Below the pieces are notes generated by a model. That model saw nothing but the letters and a program-made list of their open reading frames with translations. It did not search any database and was not told where the DNA came from. Below are positions 11,173-21,488 of a DNA stretch of 64,000 nt, piece by piece. The first letter of the stretch is position 1; each line of letters starts with the position of its first letter. Position numbers and translations under genes: made by a program. Origin of the DNA: Sphingomonas sp. (GTDB taxonomy: Bacteria; Pseudomonadota; Alphaproteobacteria; Sphingomonadales; Sphingomonadaceae); contig JAFKLY010000009.1 of assembly GCA_017304655.1 (NCBI GenBank), positions 117,136 through 181,135 of the forward strand. Direction: 5' to 3'.

Positions 11173-11209
11173 AGGGCGCGACGGCTTGACCTTCGCGCCC
11201 TCTTTTTTT
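11173..11209. terminator. bidirectional intrinsic terminator (stronger U-tract on the plus strand)
   Basis: Stem AGGGCGCGA (11173-11181) pairs with TCGCGCCCT (11193-11201) around an 11-nt loop. It is followed by CTTTTTTT on the plus strand and preceded by AAA, so the minus strand reads stem then UUUAAGG. It lies 9 nt below the nadB stop. Confidence 0.55.
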
Positions 11210-11217
11210 GCCCGGTC

Positions 11218-12822
11218 TTACGGGACCAGGACCGTGTCGACCGCCTGCGGCAGCATCTCGGGGTAATCGAGCGTATAATGCAGGCCGCGGCTCTCCTTGC
11301 GCTTCAGGGCGCAGCGAATGATGAGTCGCGCCACTTCCAGCAGGTTGCGCAGCTCGATGAGATCGGCGGTCACGCGGAAATTGCCGTAATATTCGTCCAC
11401 TTCCTGCGCGAGCAGATCGGCGCGGTGCTGCGCGCGCTCCAGCCGTTTGGTTGTCCGCACGATGCCGACATAGTCCCACATGAAGCGGCGGATTTCCTTC
11501 CAGTTATGCTGGACAATCACTTCCTCGTCACTGTCCGTCACGCGGCTTTCATCCCACGGCCGGACCGGCGGCGGGGCCGGCAGGTCTGCCCAGTTGGCGC
11601 GGATGTGATTCGCCGCCGCCTCGCCAAAAACGAAGCATTCCAGCAACGAGTTGGACGCAAGGCGATTGGCGCCGTGCAGGCCGCTCTCGGTAACTTCACC
11701 GGCCGCATAGAGACCGGGCAGGTCCGTCTTTCCGTCCAGATCGATGACGACGCCGCCGCAGGTATAATGCTGCGCGGGCACGACCGGGATCGGCTCCTTG
11801 GTGATGTCGATGTCCAGATCCAGCAAACGAGCGTAGATCGTCGGGAAGTGCTCCTTGATGAACTCGGGCGGCTTGTGGCTGATGTCGAGATGCACATAGT
11901 CGAGCCCGAGGCGTTTGATCTCATGGTCGATCGCCCGGGCAACCACATCGCGCGGGGCCAATTCGCCGCGCTTGTCGAACCGGTCCATGAAGCGCTTGCC
12001 GCCGCCGGGCACGCCGGGCGGCAGCTTGAGCTTGCCGCCCTCGCCCCGCATCGCCTCCGTGATCAGGAAGTTCTTGACCTCCAGATTGTAGAGGCAGGTG
12101 GGGTGAAACTGCATCATCTCCATGTTGGAGACGCGGCAACCCGCGCGCCAGGCCATGGCGATTCCGTCGCCGGTCGCGCCCCTGGGCGCGGTGGAGAAGA
12201 GATAGGTCCGCCCCGCGCCGCCCGTCGCCAGCACGGTCGCGCGCGCAACGAAGGCGTCGACCCGGTTGGTCTTGCGGTCGAGCGCATAGACACCCCAGAC
12301 ATGCCCGTCGCCCGAATAACGCTCGCCATGGCGGGAGGTGATGAGGTCGATGGCGACCATATCCTCCATCAGCGTGATGTTGGGATTGGCCTTCGCTGCG
12401 GCGACGAGCGCCTTCTGCACGGCTGCGCCGGTCGCGTCATCGACATGCACGATGCGCCGGTGCGAATGCCCGCCCTCGCGCGTCAGGTGCCAGCGCTCGC
12501 CAAATTCCTCGCCATCGTTGAACGGCACGCCCAGCGCCGCCAGCCGCTCGATCGCAGCCGGCGCTTCCGAGACGACGAACTCCACCGTCTCGCGGTTGTT
12601 GAGCCCCGCGCCAGCGACCATCGTGTCCTCGACATGCGCCGCGAAGCTGTCACCCGCGTCCAGGACGGCCGCGATGCCGCCCTGCGCCCAATTCGTCGAG
12701 CCGGAGTCCAGCGCGCCCTTTGCGAGCACCAGCACCTTGCGGTCCTGCGCGAGATTGATCGCAGCGGTCAGCCCGGCGGCGCCGGAACCGATGATGACGA
12801 CGTCGTGGAAGGAGATGGTCAT
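11218..12822 (-). CDS. nadB: L-aspartate oxidase
   Basis: FAD motif VVIIGSGAAGLTAA and WAQGGIAAV, with the succinate dehydrogenase/fumarate reductase flavoprotein-like layout. The ATG at 12822 (MTISFHD) is preferred over 12870. Confidence 0.93.
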   Translation of the reverse strand: MTISFHDVVIIGSGAAGLTAAINLAQDRKVLVLAKGALDSGSTNWAQGGIAAVLDAGDSFAAHVEDTMVAGAGLNNRETVEFVVSEAPAAIERLAALGVPFNDGEEFGERWHLTREGGHSHRRIVHVDDATGAAVQKALVAAAKANPNITLMEDMVAIDLITSRHGERYSGDGHVWGVYALDRKTNRVDAFVARATVLATGGAGRTYLFSTAPRGATGDGIAMAWRAGCRVSNMEMMQFHPTCLYNLEVKNFLITEAMRGEGGKLKLPPGVPGGGKRFMDRFDKRGELAPRDVVARAIDHEIKRLGLDYVHLDISHKPPEFIKEHFPTIYARLLDLDIDITKEPIPVVPAQHYTCGGVVIDLDGKTDLPGLYAAGEVTESGLHGANRLASNSLLECFVFGEAAANHIRANWADLPAPPPVRPWDESRVTDSDEEVIVQHNWKEIRRFMWDYVGIVRTTKRLERAQHRADLLAQEVDEYYGNFRVTADLIELRNLLEVARLIIRCALKRKESRGLHYTLDYPEMLPQAVDTVLVP

Positions 12823-12955
12823 TGAAATCCTCTCACCCGGCCCCTTGAACCGATCGGCCGGAGCCCGCACAGGTGCCTTTGACGTTTCTTAGGAAGAAGA
12901 AACGGGCTTCGACAAGCGCGGCTGGCCCGCTTTGTGAAACGCCTGTGACAATCCC

Positions 12956-13879
12956 TCAAGCCGTTTCGCGTGTCAGCTTCAGGAAAACGTCCTCCAGATC
13001 GGGGTCGCGCGTGCTCACATCGACGATGGCGAAACCCTGCCCCTGAATGAGGCTCAGGACTTCGCCCGCCGTGGCGCAGTCCTTGGAGTAGGTCACGGTC
13101 AGGCTGCGCTCGCCGCTCTGCTCCACTTTCTCGAAGCGATCATGATATGGTAGCACCCCGTCGAGATCGCGGTCGACTGTCACCTGCACCACCTTCTCCG
13201 TCGCCATGTTCACCAGCTCGCGCGTCGGCTTGTCGGTGATCACCTTGCCGTGGTTGATGATCGCGATGCGATCGCACAGTTCCTCGGCTTCCTCCAGATA
13301 ATGGGTGGTGAGTACGATGGTGACGCCGCGCTCGTTAAGCGAGCGGACATAGGACCAGAGCTGCTGACGCAACTGGATGTCGACACCGGCGGTCGGCTCG
13401 TCCAGCACAAGGATGGGCGGCGAATGGACCATGGCTTTGGCGACCATCAACCGGCGCTTCATGCCGCCCGATAGCGTACGCGAATAAGCGTGGGCCTTGT
13501 CCTCCAGATGCACGGCGCGCAGCAGCTCCATGGACTGTCGCTCGGCCTTGGGCACGCCATAATAGCCGGCCTGGATTTCCAGCGTCTCGACGGGCGTGAA
13601 GAAAGGATCGAACAGGATCTCCTGATTGACGATGCCGATCGAGTTCTTCGCGTTGCGCGGTTGCTCGTCGATATCGAACCCCCAGATGCGGGCAGTGCCG
13701 GAGGTCTTGTTGACCAGCCCGGCGAGGATATTGATGATCGTCGACTTGCCCGCGCCATTGGGACCGAGCAGCCCGAAGATGGACCCGCGCGGGACCGTAA
13801 GGTTGACATGGTCGAGCGCGCGCTTGCCGCCCGCATAGGTCTTGGAAAGGTCGATGATCTCGATGGCCGCGTCCGTCAT
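12956..13879 (-). CDS. ABC transporter ATP-binding protein (ABC-2 type)
   Basis: Walker A GPNGAGKST, signature LSGGMKRR and Walker B ILVLDEPTAGVD. No permease gene is adjacent. Confidence 0.9.
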   Translation of the reverse strand: MTDAAIEIIDLSKTYAGGKRALDHVNLTVPRGSIFGLLGPNGAGKSTIINILAGLVNKTSGTARIWGFDIDEQPRNAKNSIGIVNQEILFDPFFTPVETLEIQAGYYGVPKAERQSMELLRAVHLEDKAHAYSRTLSGGMKRRLMVAKAMVHSPPILVLDEPTAGVDIQLRQQLWSYVRSLNERGVTIVLTTHYLEEAEELCDRIAIINHGKVITDKPTRELVNMATEKVVQVTVDRDLDGVLPYHDRFEKVEQSGERSLTVTYSKDCATAGEVLSLIQGQGFAIVDVSTRDPDLEDVFLKLTRETA

Positions 13880-13931
13880 GCGGCAGGTCTTAGAACAACC
13901 GGTTCTGAATGAAAACGGGTTGTGGAGACGA

Positions 13932-14630
13932 TTAGCCCGCAGCCGCTAGTGCGCAATAGCGCGCGGCGTTCAAGAAATCGGTGCGGCGGGCCGCAAGGCG
14001 TTCTGCCGCTTCCCAGTCCTCGCCCCATTGCTCGATCTGCCACAGCTCATCGAGGCTCACGACGTCGAACAATGCCTCTGCGGGCAAGACCCCCGCAAGA
14101 TGCGCGAGCATGCCGACCAGACTGCCGCCGATCTGCGTGATCGTCGCCGCGCCGGCGAGCAGCCAGGGGTCAATGGCCTCGACCGCGCCACGCAAGGCGG
14201 CCAGTGTCCGCGCCGGCTGGTCCACCGGCACGATGCCCGCCGTCACCGCAAAGCGGACGCCGTAATGCGCTGCCGCCCAGTCAAGCAGCGGCTCCCATTG
14301 CGCCTGCTGCCGCGCCACCAGTTCCTCCGGCTCGTCAGCCCGGTAGCAAAGCAGGTCACTGGCGGCATAGGCCGCGACCTGCCCGCGAAAGTCGCCCGGA
14401 GCCGGCAGCACACGATCGATCGTGGCATTGGCGAAGCCGGTCATCGGCATGAGGCGCGGATCAACCTCGGCCCCCTGCGCGTCCCACTCCGCCGCGATCG
14501 TGCGGGCGAGCGTCGCCCCCGGCACGACCAGCGCCACGCGCGAGGGCGTGCGTACCGGCCGGCCATCCAGCCGGATCGCCCAGCCGCCATCTTCGGCGAC
14601 GGCCTCGGCGGTTTTCCAGAAGCGCTTCAT
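13932..14630 (-). CDS. ATP12-family F1-ATPase assembly chaperone
   Basis: N-terminus KRFWKTAEAV..GWAIRLDGRPVRTP and the overall pattern typical of alphaproteobacterial ATP12. Confidence 0.8.
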   Translation of the reverse strand: MKRFWKTAEAVAEDGGWAIRLDGRPVRTPSRVALVVPGATLARTIAAEWDAQGAEVDPRLMPMTGFANATIDRVLPAPGDFRGQVAAYAASDLLCYRADEPEELVARQQAQWEPLLDWAAAHYGVRFAVTAGIVPVDQPARTLAALRGAVEAIDPWLLAGAATITQIGGSLVGMLAHLAGVLPAEALFDVVSLDELWQIEQWGEDWEAAERLAARRTDFLNAARYCALAAAG

Positions 14631-14643
14631 GAGCCGCGCGGCC

Positions 14644-14907
14644 TCACTTGCGGTCGCGCGGCGTCGCGAAGGCGCGTGCCAGCAACCGGGGAACGAGAAT
14701 GAACTGGATGAACCCCACCGTCGAAACGATCACGCCCATCCACTTGGCCTTGTCGCCTTGCACCCAGGAGAAACGCTGCATCGAGATAGCCATGCCGAAC
14801 AGCAGGATGATCGCGCCCGAGAGGCGGAAGAGGCTGATAGCGAAGAAGCGCTGCCTTGCAGCGGCCGCGCGCCGGGCCGCCTCGTCTGCGGGGAGAGGAT
14901 CGTTCAT
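14644..14907 (-). CDS. small two-helix membrane protein, unknown function
   Basis: 87-aa ORF with two hydrophobic segments (FAISLFRLSGAIILLFGMAI, MGVIVSTVGFIQFILV). Its start overlaps the stop of the upstream HAD gene. Confidence 0.5.
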   Translation of the reverse strand: MNDPLPADEAARRAAAARQRFFAISLFRLSGAIILLFGMAISMQRFSWVQGDKAKWMGVIVSTVGFIQFILVPRLLARAFATPRDRK

Positions 14908-15587
14908 GAGAGGCGGATATGGCGAGCGAGCTCGACCGTGTCCATCGCGACGCTCTGTGCGCCGGCCTCCAGCAATTCCTCGGGCGTGTGATAGCCCCAG
15001 CCGACGCCGAGCGCGCGCACACCGGCGGCCTGCGCCATCATCATGTCGAAGCTCGTATCGCCGATCATCACTGCCTGATCGGGCGCGACGCCGGTTTCGG
15101 TCAGCGCCGCCTCGATCATCGAAGGATGCGGCTTGGACGGATGGTGGTCGGCCGTTTGCAGGGTGACGAACCGCTCGGTCAGGCCATGGACCTGCAGCAC
15201 ATGGCGCAGGCCGCGCATCGCCTTGCCGGTGGCAATGCCGAGCAGCCAGCCCTCTGCGGACAGCGCCGGGATCAATTCCGCAATGCCGTCATAGAGCGGA
15301 TCGAACGCCTGGCCGCTTTCCCGCAAGCGGGTGTTGAACGCCCGATAGTGCTGGCAGAGTGCCGCCACCTGGTCCGACGACGCTTCCGGCGCCAGACGCG
15401 CCATCGCCCCTTCGAGCGAAAGGCCGACGATGGACAGGATGGTCGGACGGGGCGGTGACGGCAGGTCCGTGGCCGTGAAGGCCGCCGTCATGGCCGTGAC
15501 GATGGCGTGCTGGCTGTCGACCAGCGTTCCATCACAATCAAAGATAGCAAGACGAAGCGTCATGGGCAGCGGCAACTTGTCGGTCAA
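14904..15587 (-). CDS. HAD-family hydrolase (phosphoglycolate phosphatase-like)
   Basis: Motif I AIFDCDGTLVDS, with GIATGK and GDTSFDMMMA. Confidence 0.85.
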   Translation of the reverse strand: MTDKLPLPMTLRLAIFDCDGTLVDSQHAIVTAMTAAFTATDLPSPPRPTILSIVGLSLEGAMARLAPEASSDQVAALCQHYRAFNTRLRESGQAFDPLYDGIAELIPALSAEGWLLGIATGKAMRGLRHVLQVHGLTERFVTLQTADHHPSKPHPSMIEAALTETGVAPDQAVMIGDTSFDMMMAQAAGVRALGVGWGYHTPEELLEAGAQSVAMDTVELARHIRLS

Positions 15588-16075
15588 ACGGGAGAGGACG
15601 AGCCCGGCTCATAGGGATTGGGCACCGGAATGCCACCCCCGTGATAGACGCTATCGCAACTTTGCCGCTTGGGCCTGGTGCGGCGGCGCGACGAGGCGAC
15701 TTTCATCAGGCGCCGAAACGTCGGGCATTCCATATGGCTGGGCGCGGGACAATCGGCCGCGTGCCGCAATCCGTCCCGCAATGCGCTCAAGCGTCGAATC
15801 GTGCGATCCAGATCATCGGCCTTGGCGGCCAGATAATCCCTGTCGATCCGCGCGCCGCCTTCAGGACCGATCATGCGCGCAATCTCGTCAAGCGAGAAGC
15901 CGGCTGCCTGGCCCAGCGAAATAAACGCCAGACGCCGCACGACCCCCGCATCGAAAACCCGCCGCAAGCCCCGCCGGCCAATGGCGGCGATCAGCCCGCG
16001 CTCTTCATAATAGCGCAATGCCGAGGCCGGGATGCCGGACTGCTTCGCCACGTCGGAAATATCGAGACTGCGCAC
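15584..16075 (-). CDS. MerR-family transcriptional regulator
   Basis: HTH LDISDVAKQSGIPASALRYYEERGLI. A GTG at 16075 is in frame inside track ORF 15584..16132. The longer form would run through its own operator. Confidence 0.8.
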   Translation of the reverse strand: MRSLDISDVAKQSGIPASALRYYEERGLIAAIGRRGLRRVFDAGVVRRLAFISLGQAAGFSLDEIARMIGPEGGARIDRDYLAAKADDLDRTIRRLSALRDGLRHAADCPAPSHMECPTFRRLMKVASSRRRTRPKRQSCDSVYHGGGIPVPNPYEPGSSSPV

Positions 16076-16108
16076 ACTTGACCTCAAGTTGACTTGAAGT
16101 GGCAGACT
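16076..16108 (+). promoter_or_regulatory. MerR-type operator/promoter for the divergent methyltransferase gene
   Basis: ACTTGA-CC-TCAAGT-TG-ACTTGA overlapping dyads span 16076-16097. TTGACC (16079-16084) is followed by an 18-nt spacer and CAGACT (16103-16108), close to the long 19-bp spacer characteristic of MerR-activated promoters. Confidence 0.5.
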
Positions 16109-16153
16109 GCCTGCGACGACTCGGAAACGCAAATCAAATGGAAGGACCGGAGC

Positions 16154-16993
16154 ATGGCATCAGGCACGATCAACGCGGGGCAACGCGCCCTCTGGAACGG
16201 TGCGTCCGGACGCAATTGGGTGGAAACCCAAAGGGTGCTCGACGAGATGTTCGCGCCTTTCGAGCGGTTGCTGATCGAATCGCTCTCTGGTCGTGAAGGC
16301 GGCGCTTTACTTGACGTTGGCTGCGGCACTGGCGCCACCACGCTCGCCGCTGCCCGCGCCGGCGTCTCTGGCTGGCACTGCACCGGCCTCGACATTTCCG
16401 CGCCGATGCTCGCGCTGGCGCGGGAGCGGGCAACTCAAGCCGGGCTGGATGTGACCTTTCTGGAAGCCGACGCACAGGATTGCACCTTTGCCCCGCAAAG
16501 CACCGACCTCATCATCTCCCGCTTCGGCGTGATGTTCTTCGCCGATCCGGTCGCAGCGTTCGCCAATCTCCACCGCGCCGCGCGACGGGACGGGCAGCTG
16601 CGGGTTATCGCCTGGCGCAGCGCGGCGGACAATCCCTTCATGACCGCTGCGGAGCGCGCCGTCGCGCCACTCCTGCCGCAGGCGCCGGTGCGCGATCCGA
16701 GCGGACCGGGCCAGTTCGCGTTCGCCGACGCCAGCAACGTGCGGAGCATTCTGGAGCGTGGCGGCTGGTCGGATGTCGATATCCGCCCGATCGATGTCGA
16801 ATGCTCAATCGCCCTGGCAGACCTCGACCTCTATGCGACGCGCCTCGGCCCCATCGGGCTGATCCTGCCAACGCTCGACCCCACCCTGCGCGTCGAGGTG
16901 GCGGAGGCAGCCCGCGCCGCCTTCGCTCCCTTCATACAGGGCGAACAGGTGCGCCTCACTGCCGCATGCTGGCAAATCGACGCGCGTGCCTGA
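16154..16993 (+). CDS. class I SAM-dependent methyltransferase
   Basis: SAM motif I LLDVGCGTGATT, with DLIISRFGVMFF. The ATG at 16154 lies inside track ORF 16094..16993. Confidence 0.85.
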   Translation: MASGTINAGQRALWNGASGRNWVETQRVLDEMFAPFERLLIESLSGREGGALLDVGCGTGATTLAAARAGVSGWHCTGLDISAPMLALARERATQAGLDVTFLEADAQDCTFAPQSTDLIISRFGVMFFADPVAAFANLHRAARRDGQLRVIAWRSAADNPFMTAAERAVAPLLPQAPVRDPSGPGQFAFADASNVRSILERGGWSDVDIRPIDVECSIALADLDLYATRLGPIGLILPTLDPTLRVEVAEAARAAFAPFIQGEQVRLTAACWQIDARA

Positions 16994-17011
16994 CGGCTTA
17001 GGAGTTTGACC

Positions 17012-18281
<1,270 letters not shown>

Positions 18282-18437
18282 GGCCTGACCTTTCGACCGG
18301 ACAGAAAGCAATAATAATGGAGGCGGCAGGCCGTTTCCAGTGGGCGGCTGCCCATTGTCATTGTGCACCTGCGAAATCAAGAGCCAGTTTTGCGGTTCCC
18401 GGCCAGCCGAGCGCGCTGCAAGTGCGAACGGCCGCGA

Positions 18438-19040
18438 TCAATCCGGTATCGACCGCATGAGACCGGCCAGCGCCGCGTTGCCCGTGGCCTCGGCCTTGTC
18501 CGCCGCACGCAGGCGCACCTCAGCCGTCTTGTTCTGCCCGAGCTTGCGCGTGCCGCGCCAGTGCTCGATCTCCAGCGTGTAGCCGATGATCGCCAGCGCC
18601 ATCTTTTCAGCCAGCCCAGGCGTCATCTTCTCCCGCGTCCAGACCGGCTTGGGGGCAAGGCGCCTCTCATGCGCATCCGACAGCGCATCGACGATCGCGA
18701 GCAGACCGGCTTCGTCGGTTTGCCGGACGACCCCTTCCAGCTCGACGGTCACATAGCTCCAGGTCGGCACCTGATCGTCGATGCCATACCAGTCCGGGCT
18801 CATATAACCATGCGGCCCCTGCGCGACGAACAGGGCGCGCGCACCTTCCAGGTGTGCGGCGAGCGCATTGGCGCGCGAGAGATGGAAGCCGACATGCGCG
18901 TCATCCAGGAACACGACCGGCGCATGAGCGACGCGCGGCCCGTCCGGCGTGGCAAGAAACACCGTGCCAAAGGCCTGCTCCGCAACGAAGGCGCGCATCG
19001 CCGCTTCCTCCTGCCAGTGGAACAGCCGGTTGGGATGCAT
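18438..19040 (-). CDS. FMN-binding negative transcriptional regulator (PaiB family)
   Basis: The N-terminal pattern HPNRLFHW..MRAFV..FGTV and GYMSPDWY are typical of PaiB-like proteins. Confidence 0.8.
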   Translation of the reverse strand: MHPNRLFHWQEEAAMRAFVAEQAFGTVFLATPDGPRVAHAPVVFLDDAHVGFHLSRANALAAHLEGARALFVAQGPHGYMSPDWYGIDDQVPTWSYVTVELEGVVRQTDEAGLLAIVDALSDAHERRLAPKPVWTREKMTPGLAEKMALAIIGYTLEIEHWRGTRKLGQNKTAEVRLRAADKAEATGNAALAGLMRSIPD

Positions 19041-20305
19041 CAGTCGCGCCGAGGCTTGCCGGCGCCGGGCTTGGGCCCGCCGGAGCGCGCAGGCGCGGAT
19101 TTCCCGCCGGCTGTCCGCTGAGAGCCGGCGGCAGGCTTGCCGGACTTGCGCGCCGGAGCCTTACCCCGTGGCGGTGGCGGCGGCGCGGTTCTCGACCGTC
19201 GCTCGCCCCGCCGCGCCTTGCGCAAATCCTTGGCATGAGCACTGGATGCACGCTTCTCGGCCGCCTTCTTCTCGGCAACGCTGGGCTTGACGTCATTCTC
19301 CAGCGGCAGATCGCCCTCGGCCTCGTCAAAACCCAGACTGGCGAGCGTGTCGGAGAAATGCGTCGGCAAATCCGCGCGCACGTCCAGCGGCGATCCGTCC
19401 GGATGGTCGATGCGGATGCGCCGGGCGTGAAGATGCATCTTGCGGCTTATCGAGCCGGACAGGAACGCGTCCTTCCCGCCATATTTGCCGTCGCCCACGA
19501 TCGGGTGGCCAATGGCCGCCATGTGGACGCGCAGCTGATGTGTGCGCCCTGTGTGCGGCTGCAGTTCCACCCAGGCGGCGCGATTGCCGGCGCGCTCGAT
19601 CACGCGATACCGCGTGCGGGCTGGCAGGCCGTCCGCCTCGTCGACGTGCATTTTCTCGCCACCGGTGCCCGGCTGCTTGGCCAGCGGCAGGTCGATGAAG
19701 CCATCCGATACGGACGGCACGCCGATCACGATCGCCCAATAGACCTTGCGCGCCGTGCGGGAGGAAAAGCTCTTGGCGAAGTGCGCGGCACTGCGGGAGG
19801 TACGCGCAAGCAGCAATGCGCCGCTCGTGTCCTTGTCCAGCCGGTGGACGAGGCGCGGGCGATCATCCCGCTCGAACATCAGCGCGTCGAGCAGCCCGTC
19901 GACATGCTCGTGCGTCTTGGTGCCGCCCTGGGTCGCAAGGCCCGGCGGCTTGTTGATTACCAGCGCCTGCGCGTCGCGATGGATGACCAGCGCTTCCGCA
20001 AATGTGATCTGGTCTTCGGTCAACACCGGGCGCGGCCGCGCGGTCTTGGCAGACGTCGCAACCGGTTCGAGCGGCGGCACGCGCAGCACCTGCCCCTCGG
20101 TGATGCGATCACCCGGCGTTGCGCGGGCGCCATCCACCCGCAATTGCCCGGTCCGCGCCCAGCGCGACACGATGGCAAACGAGGCATCCGGCATGTGCCG
20201 CTTGAACCAGCGATCGAGGCGGATACCGTCATCATCGCTAGCGACGGTGAACTGGCGCACCCCGGCGGGATCGCCCGCTCGCGACATGTCCTTGCCCTTG
20301 TTCAT
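19040..20305 (-). CDS. RluA/RluC-family pseudouridine synthase with long basic C-terminal tail
   Basis: S4-like N-terminus GIRLDRWFKRHMP and catalytic HRLDKDTSGALLLA. The ATG at 20305 forms an ATGA overlap with the crcB stop. The upstream 75 codons of the track ORF run through crcB. Confidence 0.85.
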   Translation of the reverse strand: MNKGKDMSRAGDPAGVRQFTVASDDDGIRLDRWFKRHMPDASFAIVSRWARTGQLRVDGARATPGDRITEGQVLRVPPLEPVATSAKTARPRPVLTEDQITFAEALVIHRDAQALVINKPPGLATQGGTKTHEHVDGLLDALMFERDDRPRLVHRLDKDTSGALLLARTSRSAAHFAKSFSSRTARKVYWAIVIGVPSVSDGFIDLPLAKQPGTGGEKMHVDEADGLPARTRYRVIERAGNRAAWVELQPHTGRTHQLRVHMAAIGHPIVGDGKYGGKDAFLSGSISRKMHLHARRIRIDHPDGSPLDVRADLPTHFSDTLASLGFDEAEGDLPLENDVKPSVAEKKAAEKRASSAHAKDLRKARRGERRSRTAPPPPPRGKAPARKSGKPAAGSQRTAGGKSAPARSGGPKPGAGKPRRD

Positions 20306-20688
20306 GCCGTCGCTCCGCGTATCAGCGCCAGGCCCAGCGCCAGCGCGCCGACCGAACCGAGAACCGAGAGGAGCACATAGCCGAACGCGCCAAGCACTTC
20401 GCCCCGCTCGATCATCACCATGGTCTCCAGACTGAAGGCCGAGAAGGTGGTGAAGCCACCCAGCACGCCAACCGCGACGAACAGGCGGATCTGCTCGCCC
20501 TGCCCTCCCTGATAGCGCATCGCGAGCCACCCGGCGGCCAGCCCCATGACGAAACCGCCGATCACATTGGCCGCCAGCGTCCCCCAGGGATAGCCGGGAC
20601 CGATCAGGCGCAGGCTCGCACGCCCGAGCTGATAGCGCAGCGCCGCGCCGATCGCGCCGCCAGCCATGACAAGAAATGTATTGAACAT
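20302..20688 (-). CDS. crcB: fluoride ion channel CrcB/Fluc
   Basis: MFNTFLVMAGGAIGAALRY, GTLAANVIGGF and GGFTTFSAFSLE. Confidence 0.9.
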   Translation of the reverse strand: MFNTFLVMAGGAIGAALRYQLGRASLRLIGPGYPWGTLAANVIGGFVMGLAAGWLAMRYQGGQGEQIRLFVAVGVLGGFTTFSAFSLETMVMIERGEVLGAFGYVLLSVLGSVGALALGLALIRGATA

Positions 20689-20742
20689 GGCTGACGCCCC
20701 TAGAGCATCACGGCCCAAAAGAGAACTGCCGGGACAAGGCCC

Positions 20743-21138
20743 TCAGGCGGACAGTCGTCCGGTTGCGTCCTGCCGGAGCCAGGCCAGCGCTGGCGCCATC
20801 TCATGAAACGTCGCCAGCAGGCGGACGTCGGCCGCCCGCTTGATCTGCATGGCGAGCAAGGCAGAGGCACAGAGCACGGCCGCACGATCAGAAACGCGAT
20901 AGACGCGGCCTGTCCACTCGCGCAGGACTTGCGTCGTTTGCGTGGTCTGCACCGCCGCCGCGCGTAGGTCGACAAATACCCGCGCAAATCCCTGCTCGCG
21001 GCGTATCCGCACGAGTGCCCGGTCGAGATCGCGAAAATGCTCCACGACATACTCGGGCGACCACATGCCGACGCCAACCACGTGGACGATGCCGTCCGGC
21101 TCGTCGATAGTGAAGGAAAGCTGGCCGGACATCTGCAT
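20743..21138 (-). CDS. hypothetical protein
   Basis: 131-aa ORF with coding-like composition. No family recognised. Confidence 0.4.
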   Translation of the reverse strand: MQMSGQLSFTIDEPDGIVHVVGVGMWSPEYVVEHFRDLDRALVRIRREQGFARVFVDLRAAAVQTTQTTQVLREWTGRVYRVSDRAAVLCASALLAMQIKRAADVRLLATFHEMAPALAWLRQDATGRLSA

Positions 21139-21488
21139 TGCTGGGGGAGGAGGGATACCAAGGCGCGATTTACGAATCGTAAAAGGCTGACCTGGGCGCG
21201 GACTCGCGACGCGTTGGTGACGAGATCCGTTCGCATCTCATCACCAGCTTTGCGCTTGGAAAGAGGCCGCATGGGACGGCCAGCAGGGGCGAGGTGGCGC
21301 TTCCGCAGGCCGTCCCTGCCCGCCCAATCCGGCATGACGAGGCGGACGTGTGAGGGGGCGATCACCCGCTCCCTGAGGCGATGCTAAGGGAAAGCCGGAG
21401 AGATGGTCCAATGACAAAGGCCGTCATGTCCATGACGACGAGCGGCGTGCGCGCCGAGCGAGCGCCCGAATGCGCCGGACAGTGAGGG

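Noticed and set aside
20689-20760. Possible fluoride (crcB-motif) riboswitch upstream of crcB
   Set aside because: The 3-prime segment GUGAUGCUCUAGG loosely resembles the conserved UGAUG..CCUAC end. I could not build the P1 helix, the P3 helix or the pseudoknot from the sequence, and the 54-nt gap is too short without overlapping the upstream ORF. A cmscan with the Rfam fluoride model would settle it.
21139-21488. 350-nt gap downstream of rpoH with an imperfect hairpin (GGTGACGAGAT/ATCTCATCACC near 21217-21246) and a 24-codon ORF
   Set aside because: The hairpin has a central mismatch and no U-tract on either strand, and the mini-ORF lacks an RBS. The evidence is insufficient to call a terminator, sRNA or gene.
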